DNA of 63,006 nt, the filler included, from Welwitschia mirabilis (Eukaryota), in assembly GCA_051453625.1 (NCBI GenBank). It is 6 parts of one record of this genome, joined end to end, with 100 filler letters (N's around TTAATTAATTAA, not from the genome) between each part and the next. Parts side by side here need not be neighbours in the genome. Positions count along the whole stretch, not along the records: positions 1 to 7,295 come from JBOZIK010000001.1; positions 7,396 to 20,747 come from JBOZIK010000001.1; 4 more parts are not named here. One strand, written 5' to 3'. Below the pieces are notes generated by a model. It had not been told where the DNA came from, made no database searches, and worked only from the letters and a program-made list of their open reading frames with translations. Made by a program: the position numbers and the translations under genes. Of this stretch, positions 1 through 12,029 are shown one piece after another. Positions within the stretch are counted from its first letter, which is position 1; each line of letters begins with the position of its first letter.

Positions 1-7
1 CATCAGT

Positions 8-20
8 TGGTATCAGAGCC
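8..20 (+). promoter_or_regulatory. Primer-binding site, tRNA-iMet type
   Basis: TGGTATCAGAGCC 2 nt after an LTR-terminal TCA; also at 42728-42740 and (one mismatch) 44295-44307. Confidence 0.9.
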
Positions 21-22
21 TA

Positions 23-293
23 ATGTCGACTGGCGGTGGTCTCTGTGACGATGCTCGGGAGGCTGGAGCCCCGATCCTTGGGGACGAAACATTGCAACGA
101 TTGGAGCAACGTTTATTAGGACGCTTGGATCAAGAAATTGATCGTAGATTCCGTCACTTCAAGGAGCGATTCGATGAGATTGCGGATCGGTTAGATGCTC
201 TCGATGTCGATGTGAACCGGAACCAGATTAACGGCAGAAGGCTAGGAGTTGATGCTACTCGTGGCAACCTTGTCTACAGGCTTGTTCCTGTCT
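23..293 (+). CDS. TRIM internal ORF, gag N-terminus-like coiled coil (truncated by gap)
   Basis: MSTGGG...LQRLEQRLLGRLDQEIDRRFRHFKERFDEIADRLDAL...; homologous frames at 42829-43053, 43650-44072 and 45227-45506. Confidence 0.5.
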
Positions 294-1622
294 NNNNNNN
301 NNNNNNNNNNNNNNNNNNNNNNNNNNNNNNNNNNNNNNNNNNNNNNNNNNNNNNNNNNNNNNNNNNNNNNNNNNNNNNNNNNNNNNNNNNNNNNNNNNNN
401 NNNNNNNNNNNNNNNNNNNNNNNNNNNNNNNNNNNNNNNNNNNNNNNNNNNNNNNNNNNNNNNNNNNNNNNNNNNNNNNNNNNNNNNNNNNNNNNNNNNN
501 NNNNNNNNNNNNNNNNNNNNNNNNNNNNNNNNNNNNNNNNNNNNNNNNNNNNNNNNNNNNNNNNNNNNNNNNNNNNNNNNNNNNNNNNNNNNNNNNNNNN
601 NNNNNNNNNNTGCTATGTAGCATATATTGCATTTTCCCTATTTTTTCTTTAGTCCCACACTGTTTAGGGATTTCTGTTGAAAGTATTTATGTCCTATAAA
701 TAAGTGGCTTATATACTGTTTTAAGGGAGAGGAATCAAGACTTGGATTCTTGTATTTGGAGGCTAATTGTCCTTGAAGTGTCTATTGAACCATAGATCGC
801 CGAATAAGATAGTGGGAATAATAGATTGACCACAGATCGCCGAATGAAGCAGTGGACTTCANNNNNNNNNNNNNNNNNNNNNNNNNNNNNNNNNNNNNNN
901 NNNNNNNNNNNNNNNNNNNNNNNNNNNNNNNNNNNNNNNNNNNNNNNNNNNNNNNNNNNNNNNNNNNNNNNNNNNNNNNNNNNNNNNNNNNNNNNNNNNN
1001 NNNNNNNNNNNNNNNNNNNNNNNNNNNNNNNNNNNNNNNNNNNNNNNNNNNNNNNNNNNNNNNNNNNNNNNNNNNNNNNNNNNNNNNNNNNNNNNNNNNN
1101 NNNNNNNNNNNNNNNNNNNNNNNNNNNNNNNNNNNNNNNNNNNNNNNNNNNNNNNNNNNNNNNNNNNNNNNNNNNNNNNNNNNNNNNNNNNNNNNNNNNN
1201 NNNNNNNNNNNNNNNNNNNNNNNNNNNNNNNNNNNNNNNNNNNNNNNNNNNNNNNNNNNNNNNNNNNNNNNNNNNNNNNNNNNNNNNNNNNNNNNNNNNN
1301 NNNNNNNNNNNNNNNNNNNNNNNNNNNNNNNNNNNNNNNNNNNNNNNNNNNNNNNNNNNNNNNNNNNNNNNNNNNNNNNNNNNNNNNNNNNNNNNNNNNN
1401 NNNNNNNNNNNNNNNNNNNNNNNNNNNNNNNNNNNNNNNNNNNNNNNNNNNNNNNNNNNNNNNNNNNTTTCCTATTTTTTTAATTCCCACATTGTTTAGG
1501 GATTTCTGTTGAAAGGACTTATGTCCTATAAATAAGTGGCTTATATACTATTTTAAGGGAGAGGATTAAAGACTTGGATTCTTGTATTTGGAGGCTAATT
1601 GTCCTTGAAGTGTCTATTGAAC

Positions 1623-1797
1623 TACAGATCACCGAATGAGGTAGTGGGGATAATAGCTTGACCACAGATTACCGAATGAAGAAGTGGGCTTTACAGATCG
1701 CCAAATGAGGCAGTGCAGTGAAATATAAAATAGTGTATAAGAACCATAGATTACTGAATAAGGCAGTGGGCTTCACAGATCACCGAATGAGGCAGTC
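1623..1797 (+). repeat. Five copies of the 24-bp LTR motif CACAGATCGCCGAATGAGGCAGTG
   Basis: Copies at about 1623, 1663, 1692, 1745 and 1774 with spacers of 16, 5, 29 and 5 bp; 2-3 copies per LTR in array 2. Confidence 0.9.
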
Positions 1798-4700
1798 AAG
1801 TAAAAAATATTAAACGCTATTCACGCTGCGTCAAAATACCATGATGAGTTGGAATCATTGCATTAGCAAGTGGATGAGATATGATGATGGAAAGGGGACT
1901 ATAAATCATCTGTAAAGCTAATAAGTTGAAGTAGTTCTCTATGCTCTACATTTTTGCCATTGATCTTGACCTCCTGGTTATGATCATCACAAATAGCCTC
2001 AAATTAGAGCATAATGCATTGTTTTGAGCTCATTGAATGTTTAAGGTTCCTGTCACCTAAAAGTACAAAAATACCTTTAAATACAGTATTATAGTTCAAA
2101 AAGTAATGTAAAATTATAACTATTAATACCTTATTTCATAAAAATTTAGGCTTTATTACATTGCATGTAGCAAATTTCTTCTTCCATGATAGTGCTAGAT
2201 TACATAGTTTATGTTGTTGAAAAATGTTGTGCCAAAGTGGATGGTAACTCTATTTGGATCTAAACTGATGAATAGAGGACCAAGCTTCATGACATGGAGA
2301 GCATTAATTATGTTCTATCCCCATGATGATAATAAATATGTTTATGTGTGAAAAATCGAACTTTGGTTTGGATGTCTTAGGATTAGAAGTATGTTCTTGA
2401 CACATCAGCAAGGTATGAGTGAATTTGTCTAAATAAGGAAGTGACTTTTTCAAGGTGCATGTTATGAGTTTTAATGATGTCTATTGTGTTAAGGGGATGA
2501 GTAGCATATAAATAAGGTTAGTGTTTAAAGAATACAAGAGGACAACATTATTGTAAAACAAACTTTAAAAAATTGATTGTAAGATTTAATAAAAAATAAA
2601 TAATAATTGAATCCTAAAAATAAATTCCAAAGAAAAGTACATAAAAAATGAAGAAAGCTCCCATCCTAAGCTAGACTAGGGCAAACAGTGAGGCAACATT
2701 GCATTAGAAATTGTTTGCTTTTACACAACTCTTTGATTCAGTGAACTTCCAATCAATTTACAACTAATTTATAGTTAACTTACCATTTTATAACATCCAT
2801 TTTTTTATTATTTTTCAAACATATAATTACCCTCTCACATTTTCTCTCATTATTTTTACTCATTAATTTATGATCCTTTAAATGTTGGCAACAATCACCC
2901 CCTTAATGAAAACACGTTAATAACACCCCGTTCATTTGTACACTATTCAATTTCATGCCACACCTTGTACAACATTTCATTTTTTGCTTACCACTGTTTC
3001 TTCTTTATTGATTGAATCTCATGATGCTTCTTTCTGAGCTTCAAGTAGAGTTCTTTTGTCTTCTTATCTGTTTTGACTATTTAGCTTAACGCTACGGTAA
3101 TTGTTGAAGGAGCTTTGATTCTGGTTATGCACTCTAATTAGGACTTGATTAAGGGGTTCAACCTTACCAATTATGCTTTTTTAAACTTTCAATTCTTATG
3201 CTTTTATGGTGATCATTGTTGCAACATAGGCAAGGGCTATCTTGCCTTTTATGCTCTTCACTCTATTTTGTTCTTGTTGACTATTCTGATTGTGTTTAAT
3301 TGTAGTATGTAATTGCTACTAGCCCCATAATTTNNNNNNNNNNNNNNNNNNNNNNNNNNNNNNNNNNNNNNNNNNNNNNNNNNNNNNNNNNNNNNNNNNN
3401 NNNNNNNNNNNNNNNNNNNNNNNNNNNNNNNNNCTTGAGATGTAAACTCGTGGTTAAATCCATCATACTTATCTTGTAATTTCTTTTGAAGTCTTGTTGA
3501 GGTATTATGTTGTGATTAATATTTTCTTAGATTTGTGATATCATCTTGTTAAGCTTATGGTTATATATTTTTCACAGATCGCCGAATGAAGCAGTGGACT
3601 TCACAGATCGCCAAATGAGGCAGTGAAGTGGAATATGAAATATTGTATAAGAACCACAGATTGCCGAATGAGGCAGTCGGCTTCACAGGCCGCTAAATGA
3701 GGCAGTGAAGTAAAAAATATTGGATGTTATTCACGTTGCGTCACAATACCATGATGAGTCGGAATCATCGCATTAGCAAGTGGATGAGATATGATGATGG
3801 AAAGGGGACTAGGAATCATCTGTAAAGCTAATAAGTTGAAGTAGTTCTCTATGCTCCGCATTTTTGCCATTGATCTTGACCTCCTGGTCATGATCATCAC
3901 GAATAGCCTTAAACTAAAGCATAATGCATCATTTTGAGCTCATTGAATGTTTAAGGTTCTTGTCACCTAAAAAGTACAAAAACACCTCTAAATAAAGTAT
4001 TATAGTTCAAAAAGTAATGCAAAATTACGACTATTAATACCTTATTTCAGCAAAAATTCAGGCTTTATTATATTGCACGTAGCAAATTTCTTCTTCCATG
4101 ATAGTGATAGATTACATAGTTTATGTTGTTGAAAAATATTGTGCCAAAGTGGATGGTAACTCTATTTGGATCTAAATTGATGAATGGAGGACCAAGCTTC
4201 ATGACATGGAGAGCATTAATTATGATCTATTCCTATGATGATAATAAATATGTTTATGTGTGAAAAATCGAACTATGGTTTGGATGTCTTAGGATTAGAA
4301 GTACGTTCTTGACACATCAGCAAGGTATGGGTGAATTTGTCTAAATAAAGAAGTGACTTTTTCAAGGTGCATGGTATGAGTTTTAATGATGTCTATTGTG
4401 TTACTTTAATAAGGGGATGAGTAGCATATAAATAAGGTCAGTGTTTGAAGAATACAAAAGGCAACATTATAGTAAAACAAACTTTAAAAAATTGATTGTA
4501 AGCTTTAATAAAAAATAAATAATAATTGAATCCTTTCCAAAGAAACGTACATAAAAAATGAAGAAAGCTCCCATCCTAAGCTAGACTAGGGCAAACAGTG
4601 AGGCAACATTGCATTAGTAATTGTTTGCTTTTACACAACTCTTTGATTCAGTGAACTTCCAATCAATTCACAACTAATTTATAGTTAACTTACCATTTCA

Positions 4701-5190
4701 TAACATCCATTTTTTAATTATTTTTCAAACATATAATTACCCTCTCACATTTTCTCTCATTATTTTTAATCATTAATTTATGATCCTTTAAATGTTGGCA
4801 GCAATCACCCCCTTAATGAAAACATGTTAATAACATGCCGTTCATTTGTACACTATTCAATTTCATGCCACACATTGTACAACATTTCATTTTTTGCTTA
4901 CCATTGTTTCTTCTTTATTGATCGAATCTCATGATGCTTCTTTCTAAGCTTCAAGTAGAGTTCTTCTATCTTCTTATCTGTTTTGACTATTTAGCTTAAC
5001 GCTATGGCAATTGTTGAAGGAGCTTTGATTCTGGCTATGCACTCTAATTAGGACTCGATTAAGGGGTTCAACCTTGCCAATAATGCTTTATGCTTTTTCA
5101 AACTTTCAATTCTTATGCTTTTATGGTGGTCATTGCTGCAACATAGTCAAGGGCTATCTTGCCCTCTATGATCTTCACTCTATTTTCTTC
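1660..5190 (+). repeat. Local direct duplication of about 1.6 kb (about 1660-3270 repeated at about 3572-5190)
   Basis: Colinear, highly similar sequence at an offset of about 1910 bp, including the TRIM LTR end (TCA at 1833 and 3743) and its flank; scattered substitutions and small indels between copies. Confidence 0.92.
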
Positions 5191-6348
5191 TAAAGTGGAA
5201 TACAAACAAATGTGTCATCACACTTACACAAAATCAGAATAAGGGGTATAAAGTGCCTTGTTTAATTCCAGGCCACCTTTTAACATGCAATGTCAAATGG
5301 CTAATGGAAAAATGACGAGAGAAGAGACTATATGTGCTCAAATTATCTTCAGTAGCATCATTTTCTAAACCACTAGCAAACACTTCAATTTTTTTTTTTT
5401 TTAGTTTTCATCACTCTTTCACAGGCCTTTCTTCAGCAATGTCTTCTTAACCAACATCTTTGTCATTGTTCTCTACTCTGATGTTTTCCATTTCAGAGTC
5501 TCTGTCCTTTTCTTTGGCAGTTGCATTAGTTTTGTCCACAAAAATGTCTTCTTTTTGCGGCTTATATGGCTTTGCTTGCTCTTCCTTAAGTACTAAACCA
5601 TCAAGCTTTGAATTTTTTTAACTAAATTAGTTTCTTCTACCATGTTTTCCATTTCTTGAACTTATTCCTTCTCTTCTATGTTGGTAGCTTCAACCTTTTT
5701 GGCTTTTATTGACCTTTGCTGCCCTCATTAGTCTAGGGTGCGCCAAAGGGGTGTTGGAGGCGGTGTTCTTCATTTTAGCCCTATACCAGATTCTGCAAAG
5801 GAAACTTGTGTTGGAAGTGGTGTTCTTGTTCATTTCAGCCCTATACCACCTTCTACAAAAGCACCTTTTGGTCTAACATTTGGACTAAAGAAGACATACC
5901 ATTTATGAGGTTGTGGTGTGCCTGCAAAGGAAAACAGAAAATTCTACTCCAAATTGGAGTCCTTTGCAGGGTGAAATTACATAGGGTAAAGAATGGATAA
6001 CTGGCTAATTTTCCAAGTGCTGGATTTCAGAAGTAGTGCTTTCATGTTCGTCATTGCCAATTAAACTAACAAGTTGTTTCACCATGCCATTTCATTATCT
6101 ATTAGTTTCCAAAAATCCCAGGGGTTCTTTTGGTCACCACCATGATAATTCTCTTTAGCATCAGAGTGAAGTGGATGACCTCAGTATTCACTTTCATGCC
6201 TTCTGTTATATCCATGAGCATGCCTTTTTGAATGATCACTTGTACGTTTTTATTGTTTTCTCAAGCATTTCCTCATCCCTCTCTGTTTCATGAGCATGCT
6301 TCCTCTTATTTTTGTTCTGGTGATTTTCTGAAAGATATCATTAACAGT

Positions 6349-7295
6349 TGTAAGGGTGAGAAATCTGCCCCCAAATGATTAAACCTATCTAGTGTTTAAC
6401 GAAAAGGATGAAAGTGGGATTATCCATTAATGATTCTGGTTTTGATTTGGTTGGTTTTGGAAGGGCACGGGAATTGGGTTTATGCTGTTTGAACACAGGT
6501 AGCAACAAATGTAAATGAAATGCGAATAGAATGAACAGACAATGTAATAAGAACAAAATAACTGAAAATAGATTGCAAAATGAAATTTAATTACTGCAAT
6601 GATGAAAGTTATAGGAATTTTAGATCTTCCAAAAGAAGCAAATAAGTAAAAAGTGCAAAGATAATTTGGAAGTTACTATTGATAAGGCATATTTCAATGA
6701 TGAATAATGAAAGCAGAACCAGGAACTGAATCTTAGCTGAAGATCTTGTTGCACAAAGTAAAAGAATTAGGCCAAATTAAATCAATACCTGGACATCTGC
6801 CCTTTATCTTAGGATGTCTGGACCTGTTCTTGGAAAATAGTACTCGGACGTCTGTCCTTCAACCCAAGACATTTAAGCCTATGTTTTATCAAAAGTAGTG
6901 GGACGTCTGAATTCCAAACTAGGACGTCTAGCCTCTATCTCAATTCTTTGTCAGAGGAATTTTAAAATTGGGACATCTGTCCTTTTTGAGAGGGACATCC
7001 AGGTTGTTATCCTTTATTGTGGAAAAAGCTTTCAAATAAACGTTGGGCATGAATTATGAAGCAAGAATAGCTATGAGATAGTTCCTGATGGCACACTTAT
7101 CAAAAATTACCTTCCTTAGGGTTTCCTATTTACAAGTTTCTTATAGATGCAATCCCTAAAATTGTTTTAGGGGAACTGAACTATTTAAAATCATTTGAGT
7201 ATCAAATCAATATAAATACTCCTTTCTCTATGATTATAGGGTAAACTAAACTAGGAAATTCTGATCTTTTCTAATTGCATTTCATGCTGATGAAT
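6349..7295 (-). mobile_element. LTR fragment (Athila-like style) with a degenerate GGACGTCY array
   Basis: Begins TGTAAGGG at 6349; GGACATCT/GGACGTCT motifs about every 20-35 bp at 6790-7000; truncated by gap. Confidence 0.45.
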
Positions 7296-7339
7296 NNNNN
7301 NNNNNNNNNNNNNNNNNNNNNNNNNNNNNNNNNNNNNNN

Positions 7340-7351
7340 TTAATTAATTAA
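7340..7351. other. Artificial scaffold spacer TTAATTAATTAA (also 20792-20803, 27915-27926, 47169-47180, 61131-61142)
   Basis: Identical 12-mer with stops in all six frames, each centred in a run of Ns totalling 100 bp. Confidence 0.97.
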
Positions 7352-7489
7352 NNNNNNNNNNNNNNNNNNNNNNNNNNNNNNNNNNNNNNNNNNNNTCTAG
7401 GGCGTTTTCGATCCTAACAGGTAGGCTCATTGTAAGGTGGTCTTCTTTAGTCATTAAAACGAGCTACCTTGACTTTCCTTCAAGGGAGG

Positions 7490-7710
7490 AGGGGTGCTTA
7501 ACATAGGTTCATTCTCCTTGTGAACCCTAGCATGCCTTTAGAGTAAGTTCCAAAGTCTAGGAAAAGACAAAATCTTTATTAATAGCAAAAGTTCAATACG
7601 AGGTGTAGAAATTAGTAACCCTTTTCTCTATAAAGGGGTAAGAGTATAAATAAACTTCTTTCCTATCTTCCCTCCACCAATTATGGAGGGAGGAACTAGA
7701 AGAGGAAGAA
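7490..7710. repeat. Dispersed retroelement-derived repeat, second copy at about 29108-29325
   Basis: GGGGTGCYTAACATAG...AGAGTAAG...AAGACAAAA.CTTTATTAATAG...GAGGGAGGAA colinear in both places. Confidence 0.7.
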
Positions 7711-8739
7711 GAAATGACAAAGGAAAACCTCTCCTCAAATGGAGAGGGGCTAGTAATGGACCCTGTGAAATGGGACAATGGAAAGGTGTCTATTAGAGCT
7801 TAGCAGGTATTCTCATAGTTGGGGCAAGACATGGCACCCTCAATTTTGGTGAGAAGCTGAAGAAGAATGAAGCTGGAAGGCCTAGAAGACTGGAACAACA
7901 TGGAAAGCCTCCATCAGAAGTGGTAGAAGCTAGTTGTTGCTACCTATGAATGAAGGGTCAACGCTCAAAGTGGGAATTCACAATCCCCTAACGTGAGAAA
8001 AGGAATGGAAGGATAGGTGAAGTAAANNNNNNNNNNNNNNNNNNNNNNNNNNNNNNNNNNNNNNNNNNNNNNNNNNNNNNNNNNNNNNNNNNNNNNNNNN
8101 NNNNNNNNNNNNNNNNNNNNNNNNNNNNNNNNNNNNNNNNNNNNNNNNNNNNNNNNNNNNNNNNNNNNNNNNNNNNNNNNNNNNNNNNNNNNNNNNNNNN
8201 NNNNNNNNNNNNNNNNNNNNNNNNNNNNNNNNNNNNNNNNNNNNNNNNNNNNNNNNNNNNNNNNNNNNNNNNNNNNNNNNNNNNNNNNNNNNNNNNNNNN
8301 NNNNNNNNNNNNNNNNNNNNNNNNNNNNNNNNNNNNNNNNNNNNNNNNNNNNNNNNNNNNNNNNNNNNNNNNNNNNNNNNNNNNNNNNNNNNNNNNNNNN
8401 NNNNNNNNNNNNNNNNNNNNNNNNNNNNNNNNNNNNNNNNNNNNNNNNNNNNNNNNNNNNNNNNNNNNNNNNNNNNNNNNNNNNNNNNNNNNNNNNNNNN
8501 NNNNNNNNNNNNNNNNNNNNNNNNNNNNNNNNNNNNNNNNNNNNNNNNNNNNNNNNNNNNNNNNNNNNNNNNNNNNGGCTCTAGAGGTGGGAGAGAAAAG
8601 ATAATACTACACCCCTTTTTAAGGGAAAAGAAGCAAGTAATGATACACAAAGGAAGAGAGGAATGGAGGAAGGGAAGGTAGCAATGAAAGTAAAATTTTA
8701 CCAATAGCAATACGAGGTACTCTTCTTGTAATTGCAGGC

Positions 8740-11633
8740 AGTGTCGATTGGGCGAAGTAACCTAGTTTTTAAAATAAGGAGGTCACGCTTTAATGTGTAG
8801 TTAACACGATAATCCAACTTAGGCAAAGAAAATTAAGTATAAAAAGTTCAAATTGCATCATAAAGAAATCTCCTATGTCTAATTGCAAATATACTGGAAG
8901 CACATGAGTATCGAACCGATAGAAGACTTGACATAAATTCGTATGGAAATACTATCATCGCCTTATCAAACTGTCACTTTATATGATAAAACAATGATTT
9001 CTCTTAAGTGACATACAACTAATTAAGACACATGATAATCTTGAAAAACTTCCTGTGTAAAAGCATAATTTCACAAGATGTGAAAAGGGAAATGCAATAA
9101 AATAAGAAGTAATCTTTTATGAACATTCACAAGATTCTAAAGATTATTTATAATTCACATGGATAAGCAATGAAATTTAACTAGTCAAATTTACCTAAAG
9201 TCATTTTCATATATAAAAATAATTTTTTTGGAAAGGTTAACTACTTGAATTTATATTAAACGGATGTAATTAAGTAACTCAAACATCATATTCCATTCTA
9301 TGTGAAATGTACATCAATTTAGAATCATAATATAACACTTATGAAGCTAGATTCTTCAAATGGACTAGGCAAACTATTTGACAATAACAAGATTTTCGCT
9401 AAATTGCAATACTTAAAAGATAACTCTTTACTAAGCATAAAATGAATTATAAAAGCATTGAAACATCAAGATCAGGGTTTACATCAACAGGAAATTGATA
9501 AAAACTAGTGTAGGAATGTCATTAAATCAAAATAATCCTAGATAATTTCAAGTTGTTTTGACCGATAGAAAGAGAACAAATGAAGAAGAGAGAGAAAAGC
9601 TAGAGAGAAAATTCAGAAGAATAGACTTAGAAAATCTTAGGACCCTCAAAATACTCAGAATATGCTATAAAACAAGTTTCTAAAACTAAATATTCAAGAT
9701 TAAGTAGAATCGATTGCAACATATAAAAATTAGTTCATCTAGAAAATTACAAAAAATTACAGTAACCTTATTTGACTGAGAATATTAAGCAAACTATATA
9801 ACTTGAGAAAAACTGGATTTCAATTCTGAAAGTACTCAAAAAATACTGCAATATAGAGTCTTGAATTTCTAAAAACACATTAAAAATGTCTGAGAAATTT
9901 GCTGTACAAAATCCGAAAAAATGAGATTTGACAGTTCAAAAATTTGTCTAAGTAAAACAACAACTAACTAAAAATGGTCAAGAAAGGGGGTTTAGAGGCC
10001 AAATTTGGGTTCTAACACTTTAAAAAGGAAAGTTCCTAAATTATGAGAATCTATTGACAAAATTTCAGAACCATTGAAGTTGCAGAGAAAACGCTACGAT
10101 CGAAACCAGCACTAAAATTAACTATTCTACTTTGATTTTTAGAAAGAAGAAGGAAGAGCGAAGAATTCTTGCAAAAGGGAATAATTTTAATTTGTAAACA
10201 ACATAAATAACATATTTACAGATCATTCTACTACTATTAGAGAGGAGAAAATAGAAATTCATCATCTATTTCCTTAGAAGAAAGGTGGAATCGTAAGAAA
10301 TGTACTAGAAAATGAAAAGAATGGAGGAAAAAGAAGAGGACAAGAACAAAACACATGATTTCTTTTGACAAAGAGTGACCAAACATGTATAAACTCAAAT
10401 TGCTATGAAAGTTAATAATTGTTCTACAATCTGATTAGTGCTATTTTTGCTACAAGCTATAACAAGTCTAATTACACTGAAAGAAAATCATGACATAAAT
10501 GCATAAATCAAGTAATTAAAAGCATGAAAAACATAAAGAAAAGGAATACTTATTGATTTCAGATGAATGCACAACCTTTTTCATTAGTCCTCTATCCAAT
10601 TGCTTACAAGATTTGGTGCTTTCTTCTCCTCCTGCACTGCACGATCACATGCACTATCACATGCACTTCACCACCCCTGTAATGTCCTCCAAATGGATAG
10701 AAATGGGAGAAAAGATGATGTAAAATGGGGTATAAAAGGGTTTAGGAGGCTGAAAAAGGTTTTGAATGACGACAAAAGATGGGAATGAGGAATGTAAAAG
10801 GTTTCCAGAGTTGATATAGAGAGAAGATCAACTTGGAAATGAAGAAAAATGAGAGAGAAAGATGAGAAATATCCTTCCAGCGCTTTAGAATGGCAAAATT
10901 GGCATAAAAATGGCATAATAACAATATGATAATGATGTGTTATTGGAGTGGGCACTGAGGGGATTTTTCTAGGAACTCTAGGGTTGGTTACAAGCTGAGG
11001 AGATGCCAAAACCACTGTGAATTCACATGTGATTCATGTCTCATTTTGCAAAACTATCATAGGGTGCTGCAATGCCATTTTACTCTTGGAATTGGTGCTG
11101 CAGTCCCACAAGTAGTTTCATACATAACTACCAAAAATCAAAAAATAAAACTTAATTTAATTTTATCCTTTGAGGCTTGCAATACATGAATTCATCAATT
11201 TTAACTAAAAAATGACTAGAAATAAATAGATTATGGCTTCTGAAATGCAATTTTCCAAGGTACTGATGTCTTGAAAGGCTCTAATGTCATCCAATGTAAT
11301 GCATCTAGTGTTAGAGTGAGTCGGAATCGTCACATCAACAAGTGGATGATATATGTTGATGGAAAAGGGACTAAGAATTATCTATAGAGCTTCTCTAATG
11401 AAGTAGTCGTCTGTGATCCACATTGTCACTCTCAATTATAATCTCCCGATCGCAAGCATCACAAAGAGCCTCAAATTGGATCATAATGCATCTCTTTGAG
11501 CTCAGTAAATGTCTAAGGTCCTTTGTCACCTAAAAAGTGCAAAAATACCTCTAAATGCAATATTAAAGTTCAAAAAGTAATGCAAAATAATCACTATTAA
11601 TACCTTATTTTGTTTAAAATTTAGGCTTCATCA
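8740..11633 (-). mobile_element. Long Athila-like LTR / solo-LTR remnant
   Basis: Minus-strand start TGATGAAGCCTAAATTT at 11633; 11315-11633 is homologous to 1840-2158 and 3750-4070; left boundary uncertain. Confidence 0.55.
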
Positions 11634-12029
11634 TCGACTGTAACAATTATGCACTCAGAGGCAGGAAGCAAGGGGTACAAATTGCTTGACTGCTTCTTTA
11701 TGTTGCCAACTGGGAGATTTCTATAAGGACAGTAGTCACCCCATTGGGCATGAGACTGATACTCGCTCAACAGTGTAATGAGGCAGGTAGGCTTGCTCAA
11801 CCCTGGTTTGATCCAAGGATTTGNNNNNNNNNNCAAGGGAGGAGGGAGGAGGCACAACCGTCGGCTATAAGTGGGCTAAGTAAAGTCCCTAGTGGTGCCA
11901 TACTAGATCAACTTAACAGAATAGTGGTCAACAACATGGGCATTAGGCTAATGCTCATGTAGTGGCCTATATATAAAAGAAATGTTAATATTAATTAATT
12001 GGTATTATATTAAGAATTTTCTTTCTAAT

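Larger units (their letters stand above)
1..1833 (+). mobile_element. Tandem-array TRIM (array 1), CRM-chromovirus-like; runs off the window start, at least 2 units with gaps
   Basis: LTR end CATCA (1-5), PBS TGGTATCAGAGC (8-19), ATG at 23. LTR pieces at 611-861 and 1468-1833 (period about 830 bp), ending ...CACGCTGCGTCA. Same family as 42381-45750. Confidence 0.85.

Noticed and set aside
1623-1797. CRISPR-like array of 24-bp repeats
   Set aside because: Spacers are short, irregular (5-29 bp) and the same among LTR copies; no cas genes; the context is a plant LTR.
7340-7351. Recurring palindrome TTAATTAATTAA at five sites
   Set aside because: Always embedded in Ns; an assembly spacer, not biological.
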